Origin: Gemmatimonadota bacterium
Lineage (GTDB): Bacteria > Gemmatimonadota > Gemmatimonadetes > Palauibacterales > KS3-K002
Direction of reading: 5' to 3'
Assembly (NCBI GenBank): GCA_039586795.1
Contig: JBDHJS010000003.1
Coordinates: 16,358-80,357, forward strand
DNA length: 64,000 nt
Part shown: positions 59,365-64,000 of the stretch, piece by piece
Position numbering within the stretch: the stretch's first letter is position 1
How the letters are laid out: each line of letters starts with the position of its first letter
The notes under the pieces: generated by a model
The model's database searches: none
What the model was told of the DNA's origin: nothing
Seen by the model: only the letters and a program-made list of their open reading frames with translations
Made by a program: the position numbers and the translations under genes

Positions 59365-60675
59365 CTAAGGCAACAACGAGGGAAGTTGCCCTGCAGGCGC
59401 CACGATGACCGTATACATGCTCACCGGCGGTCCCATATCCTGTGCAACGTTGCTTCCCAGGGTAACACGCCCTGCTGGGAAGATCGCCAGCAGCACGCTG
59501 AAGCCGCCCGTGTCGTCCTTCTCGTTGTAGATGTCCAGTCCGGTATCCACGAAGCCATCCAGCCAGTCGGGCCGTGGGCTGACGCGGTCGTCATGGGCGA
59601 CGAAGACCGCGACCTCCTCACCGACGTCGAACGACAGGAAGTTGCTGGCAGATGGGCTCATATTCTTGTCATCGTTCGCCGTGCGGATATAGGTCACGCC
59701 AACGAAACTGGGCGGAATCGTCCGGAATTCACGATTCCGATCGGTATACTGGTGGACGTTGGACTGTTGCGGGAACAGATCGGTGGCCGCGAGTCCGCCC
59801 TGGTCGGCCTGGTAGGATCGGCCGCTCGATGCCGACACGCTCGACACCTGGGCCGGGCTGGCCGGCGCCGGCGTCGACAGCCCCACGGAGAAGGCGACGG
59901 TATAGTCGCTGTTATTGGTGGTGCCGCCCGAATCGGCACACCGCACATAGAGCTGATAGGACTGCCCAGTCTGTAGACCGACGATGGGCGTAGCATGTCC
60001 CGTCGTGTTGGTCTGCTCGAAGGGGGTCATCTGGCCATAGGAGGTACCGCTCTGATTGCTCCAGGCGCAGACGGCATTCTCGTCGGTGGCCACGTGGAGC
60101 ACCGTCTCACTCGTGCCGCTAGCGAGGTCTCCCCGTGGCTGAGAGTGCACGATGCGTGGTGAGCCCGCCGGGCTCGCCGATGGCAGGAATCCGACCGTGA
60201 AACCGACCTCGTAGTCGGTGTCGTTCACGTTTCCGGCGCCATCGTCACACCTGACATACGCCGAGTAGGCGCCGCCATCTTGAAGTCCACCGTACCGCGC
60301 GACGTGTTCCCGGCCTCCGGTACTGGAGAACGGAGTCATCGACCCGAAAGCGGTCCCCGCGACATCACTCCAGCCGCACGTCGCGGCCCTGTCAGTCGCA
60401 ACCGCGATGATAGCCGAGCTAACACCACCAGCCAGCTCCCCGCTGGGGTAGCCGGCCGATATGACCGGCGCCACGCCCGGGTTGGGTGGCGGCGGTGGCG
60501 GCGGTGGTGGTGGAGGCGGCGGCTCGTTCTCACCCTCGTTCTCCGTAGGGTCTTCCTCGGGCGGATCGTTCCCATCGTCTGGGGGAGCCACTAGATCACC
60601 ACAGGAGGCGAGGACAAGGGCCATGCTGAAGAGAATACTCCAGCGAGCCAGTCCTCTGGACTGCTTTCGAGACAT
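59365..60675 (-). CDS. Lipoprotein with poly-proline linker and two tandem ~100-aa repeat domains
   Basis: Lipobox LASCG, an acidic stretch, a run of 13 prolines (ggNggNggN-rich codons), then two copies of ATDxxAxCxWSxxxGTxxGxMTPFxxT...GLQxGxxYxxYVRCxDxxGxxNxSDYxVxFxVG. Confidence 0.6.
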   Translation of the reverse strand: MSRKQSRGLARWSILFSMALVLASCGDLVAPPDDGNDPPEEDPTENEGENEPPPPPPPPPPPPPNPGVAPVISAGYPSGELAGGVSSAIIAVATDRAATCGWSDVAGTAFGSMTPFSSTGGREHVARYGGLQDGGAYSAYVRCDDGAGNVNDTDYEVGFTVGFLPSASPAGSPRIVHSQPRGDLASGTSETVLHVATDENAVCAWSNQSGTSYGQMTPFEQTNTTGHATPIVGLQTGQSYQLYVRCADSGGTTNNSDYTVAFSVGLSTPAPASPAQVSSVSASSGRSYQADQGGLAATDLFPQQSNVHQYTDRNREFRTIPPSFVGVTYIRTANDDKNMSPSASNFLSFDVGEEVAVFVAHDDRVSPRPDWLDGFVDTGLDIYNEKDDTGGFSVLLAIFPAGRVTLGSNVAQDMGPPVSMYTVIVAPAGQLPSLLP

Positions 60676-61126
60676 CCTACTTCACCTCTTCGGGGACTCA
60701 CGACATGTGGGGTCCGCCGCGCTTGCAGCTTAGACTAACAAAGCGCGCTACTAGCCGGCGGGTACGCGCCTTGGTCTAAGATGCGTCAAAGCTGCCTTCT
60801 TCTCAACCCCGCCGCCTTAGTGGACTCCATCGAGACGTGCAAGCGAGGTGCCGCCGCCGCCGAGGGAGGGCCCTGCCAGCTAAATCATTCTAGAACAACA
60901 GCTTACGGTCTCCGTGATACGCCGATTGCCCGGTTTTGGCCAGCGATATGCGGTAGTTCCTGCAGATCCTAGGCAGACTCTGCACACCGGTACGGGACGT
61001 GCGACCGAGACATCGTCATGCTGTTCACCGAACCAGTCGTTATCTTGGGGCTGGCCACGCCGAGCAGCGGAGGACAGCGAGGCGGGTAACACCGGCGGAG
61101 AATTGAACATCTATTTGCGACTCTTG

Positions 61127-62764
61127 ATGGCTCGGCTTTCCCGCGGCGTTGTGACCCTGGAGCAACGTGGTCGGAAACGTCTGCTACTGGGATCGTCCCT
61201 CGTGATCGCCATCGCGGGGCTCGCGTTCTCCTGGTATCCGCTGCTCGCCGCAGGACTGTTGGTGGCGGCGCCGCTATCGATCAGCTACGCCAGGGACCGC
61301 GCATTCAGAACGGTGCGCCTACGAGCGGCGATTCGTCGACACCGCGATCTCTCCAATCTCGAGCCGGCGAGCCAGGTCCTTTCGAAGATGGGGATAGACG
61401 AGCAGCGGATCGACGATCTGCTTCGCCGAGCGAAACTCGAGACCGAACTTCCAATCGCCGAGCTGGATCAGAACAATCGTGTAGTGAGCGACGTCGGGCC
61501 GATCCCGCTGTTCGAGAATGCGCTGATAGAACGGGACGCGTTTCAGAAACGGTCGAGGAACAAGGTAGAGATCGTCATCATTTCGAACGTGGTGGCGCTG
61601 AAGAAGAGCTATCGGGATTTCACCTCTTTCCGTAATGAGGTGATCGCGCTCGATGCACTCAAGCGTCTCGAGCGAGTGCCAAAGATCGTCGCGCTCGATG
61701 AACAGCGTCAGTCGTTGTGTCAGAGCTTCGTTCCGGGACCCAACCTCGGTACGCTGATGGTGACAAAGGGGGCCAGCGTCAGCAACCAGTATCAGGCGGG
61801 GAGGAAGTACCCTGGCATCGACGGCTGGTCGAGGACGCCGCCTACCGAAAGCGAGCGTTCATCGGTGCTGCGAGCACAGAGCGAGGTTGTCGACGAAGCC
61901 TTCATCGCCGCTCTCCAAAAGTTGTTCGTCGCGGTCCATGCCGAAGGAGTCGGGATGACCGACGTCAAACACGGCAACGTCATCAGCTACGGTGGACAGC
62001 CCTACTTCTGCGATTTCGACTTCGCGCGCGTTCAGCGTAGCAATGACATTTCGTTCCTGCTGACGCGGAACAGGGAGCGGGACAAGTTCAATTACCTGTT
62101 CAACGGCGACCTGCCCACGAGCTCATCCCTGCAAGCCGCGCTTGCGCACCTGACAACCCGTAGCACAGGAAGCGAGCTTCCATCCGTCTATTTCGGAGGA
62201 GGATACAGTTTCGGCGACCTCGGCGGCGCCAACGATGCGACGGCGTTGTGGCTGAAGCTCCGGACGGCGTTACTGGGCTCGGTAGGCGCCACCGTCATCG
62301 ACTTCGGGAGTAGGGGAGGAGTGATCGCCCTTGAACTGCTGCGCTCCGGCGTAGAGCGTGTCTGCGCGTATGAACCCGATCCTCAACTTCTGACTTTTGC
62401 CCGCCTGACTCATCAGTTCTTCGAGTTAGTGGACAATCGCGCCTACGACTTTCGGTGCGAACCGTTCGACCGCTCCCAGGCACTCGCGCGCGATGCAGGC
62501 GGCTACGACACGGCGCTGGCCCTCGACGGACTGAGCGGTAAGCGTGAGGAGCTCGAGCAGTTGATCGCCTGGCTGAACGAGAACGTGCAGTCGCTGATCA
62601 TTGGCTGCCCCAATCGAGTCTCGTCGGGCGCCGAGGTGCTGGCGACTGCTACAGCGGAAGAAGTGCGCGAGCTGCTCGTGGGCTCCAAGTTTTTGCGATC
62701 AAAGCAGTTAGCGGTGCCGCGCGGCTCTCTGATCGCGGCTGCCACAACCAAATTCAATACCTGA
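61127..62764 (+). CDS. Membrane-anchored protein-kinase-like domain fused to a class I SAM-dependent methyltransferase domain
   Basis: N-terminal TM helices. Kinase-fold motifs VVALKK (beta3 Lys), DVKHGNVI (catalytic loop D.K..N), DFDFA (DFG-like). C-terminal VIDFGSRGGVIALELL Rossmann motif I. The ORF is open from 60914; start at 61127 chosen. Confidence 0.55.
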   Translation: MARLSRGVVTLEQRGRKRLLLGSSLVIAIAGLAFSWYPLLAAGLLVAAPLSISYARDRAFRTVRLRAAIRRHRDLSNLEPASQVLSKMGIDEQRIDDLLRRAKLETELPIAELDQNNRVVSDVGPIPLFENALIERDAFQKRSRNKVEIVIISNVVALKKSYRDFTSFRNEVIALDALKRLERVPKIVALDEQRQSLCQSFVPGPNLGTLMVTKGASVSNQYQAGRKYPGIDGWSRTPPTESERSSVLRAQSEVVDEAFIAALQKLFVAVHAEGVGMTDVKHGNVISYGGQPYFCDFDFARVQRSNDISFLLTRNRERDKFNYLFNGDLPTSSSLQAALAHLTTRSTGSELPSVYFGGGYSFGDLGGANDATALWLKLRTALLGSVGATVIDFGSRGGVIALELLRSGVERVCAYEPDPQLLTFARLTHQFFELVDNRAYDFRCEPFDRSQALARDAGGYDTALALDGLSGKREELEQLIAWLNENVQSLIIGCPNRVSSGAEVLATATAEEVRELLVGSKFLRSKQLAVPRGSLIAAATTKFNT

Positions 62765-62793
62765 TCCAAGCGATCGGAGACGGCCCAGCACCC

Positions 62794-64000
62794 CTATTCG
62801 GTGCCCCCGGGCGGTACGTCCTTGAGGAAGGTCTTCCGCAATTCTTGGCGTTTCGGTTTCCCTGAGGCGGTGCGCGGGATCTCTTCGACTTCGGCTATCT
62901 GTCGCGGCCATTTGTAGTCGGGCAGGACATCGCGCAGATGTCTTCGTACGTCCGCGATTAGTGGAGAGGAGCCCTGACGGAAGCAAGCGATTATCGTTTC
63001 GCCCCAGATCTCGTCCGGCACTCCGATGACCACACATTCGTGGACCCCGTCCATCGAGATGATGGCTTCCTCGATCTCTTTAGGGTGAACGCGGTAGGCT
63101 CCCGTCTTTATCAGGTCGCTTCGCCGACCCGTGATGAAGATGAATCCTTCGTCATCGACAGTAGCCAGGTCACCCGTCCACAAGCCTCCATCCCTCAACA
63201 CCTGCCGACTAGTCTCAGCATCGTCCCAGTAGCCCGACATCAGGTTCTCGCCGCTGGCGACGATCTCTCCTTCCTGTCCCGGCGTGACCGGCTCTCCACG
63301 CTCATCCAGGACCTGAAGCGCTACACCCGGCATGCCTTTGCCAATACTGTTGGGTCGGCTCGGGAGCTCGGATGTCGGCAGATAGCTCAATCGAGCCGAT
63401 GCCTCCGTCTGGCCGTACATCAAAAACACCTCGACGTCAGGCAGGGCTCGCTGCAAGCGACGCAGATTGGCGGCGGGAAGGGCACCGCCCGCACAGGTGA
63501 GATAGCGGAGCGACGGTGCTGGATGCTCATCGAGCTTCCCACGCTGAAGCAGCATGGCAAAAGTAGACGGAACGCCACTCAACCCCGTACACTCGCGATC
63601 GCGCAGTAGCTTAACGACCCGGGCCGGAAACGCCATCGCACCCAGCAGCGCCATACTACCGCCCACGCGACAGTGCGTTTGCAGAAGCGAGTTGCCGTAG
63701 CTGTAGACAAAGTCGAGGACGACGCCCACTCGATCCTCGGACGTCAAGCTGAGATACTCAACGATCCCGGTGGTGTTCGAACGTAACGCCCGATGGCTGA
63801 GCATTACGCCCTTCGGTGTACCTGTAGTTCCGCTCGTGTAGATGATCTGGGCGAGCTCCGTCCCACCACCCAGGGGTAGCTCATCGAACGGCGGTTCATT
63901 TTCCAGCTCTTCAACGGTCCATGTATGCTCGACACCGATCTCGGCAAGCGCGGGATAGTCACGCGCTGGATCGGTGATACAGATATTCGGCTGACAATTC
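62794..64000 (-). CDS. AMP-dependent synthetase/ligase (adenylate-forming enzyme), partial; 5' end lies beyond the window end
   Basis: The reading frame continues upstream of the ORF-track start; my translation gives IYTSGTTGTPKGVMLSHRAL (P-loop motif of the ANL superfamily). Further motifs YGQTEA and GDLATVDDEGFIFITGRRSDLIKTGAYRVHPKEIE. Confidence 0.8.
   Translation of the reverse strand, partial: NCQPNICITDPARDYPALAEIGVEHTWTVEELENEPPFDELPLGGGTELAQIIYTSGTTGTPKGVMLSHRALRSNTTGIVEYLSLTSEDRVGVVLDFVYSYGNSLLQTHCRVGGSMALLGAMAFPARVVKLLRDRECTGLSGVPSTFAMLLQRGKLDEHPAPSLRYLTCAGGALPAANLRRLQRALPDVEVFLMYGQTEASARLSYLPTSELPSRPNSIGKGMPGVALQVLDERGEPVTPGQEGEIVASGENLMSGYWDDAETSRQVLRDGGLWTGDLATVDDEGFIFITGRRSDLIKTGAYRVHPKEIEEAIISMDGVHECVVIGVPDEIWGETIIACFRQGSSPLIADVRRHLRDVLPDYKWPRQIAEVEEIPRTASGKPKRQELRKTFLKDVPPGGTE

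Overview
High-GC (~65%) bacterial chromosomal window, densely coding on both strands with about 40 genes; no rRNA, tRNA, CRISPR or transposase genes are visible. The striking feature is one uninterrupted 8,484-nt ORF (28243..36726, 2,827 aa). Read by eye, it fuses in order an ETF:quinone-oxidoreductase/FixC-like flavoprotein with its FixX-like 4Fe-4S module, a divergent acyl-CoA-dehydrogenase-like domain, a canonical acyl-CoA dehydrogenase, an EtfB-like domain and a complete EtfA-like domain. That is an entire acyl-CoA to ETF to quinone (or FixABCX-type bifurcating) electron-transfer chain in one polypeptide. Downstream lies a large exopolysaccharide locus with a Wzx-like flippase, two paralogous Wzc-like tyrosine autokinases, Wza, WecB and a priming sugar transferase. 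This locus carries a duplicated three-gene regulatory module: a response regulator with a degenerate GGDEF domain, a divergently transcribed Wzc-like kinase, and a sigma-54 NtrC/PrsR-like activator. Other notable items are a bacterial serpin, an ACE-like M2 peptidase, a low-GC islet with a VTT/DedA-like membrane protein and a radical SAM/SPASM enzyme, a protein-kinase-like::methyltransferase fusion, a lipoprotein with a 13-proline run and tandem ~100-aa repeats, and a PGRS-like glycine-rich lipoprotein. The window also holds an M28 peptidase/oxidoreductase/adenine deaminase operon, HtrA-like and TolB-like proteins, a LemA-DUF2207 pair, a GAF histidine kinase with a sigma-54 regulator, an ABC-2 exporter operon, AsmA and a family-5 uracil-DNA glycosylase. 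All domain calls are by-eye motif recognition and need confirmation by HMM or BLAST.
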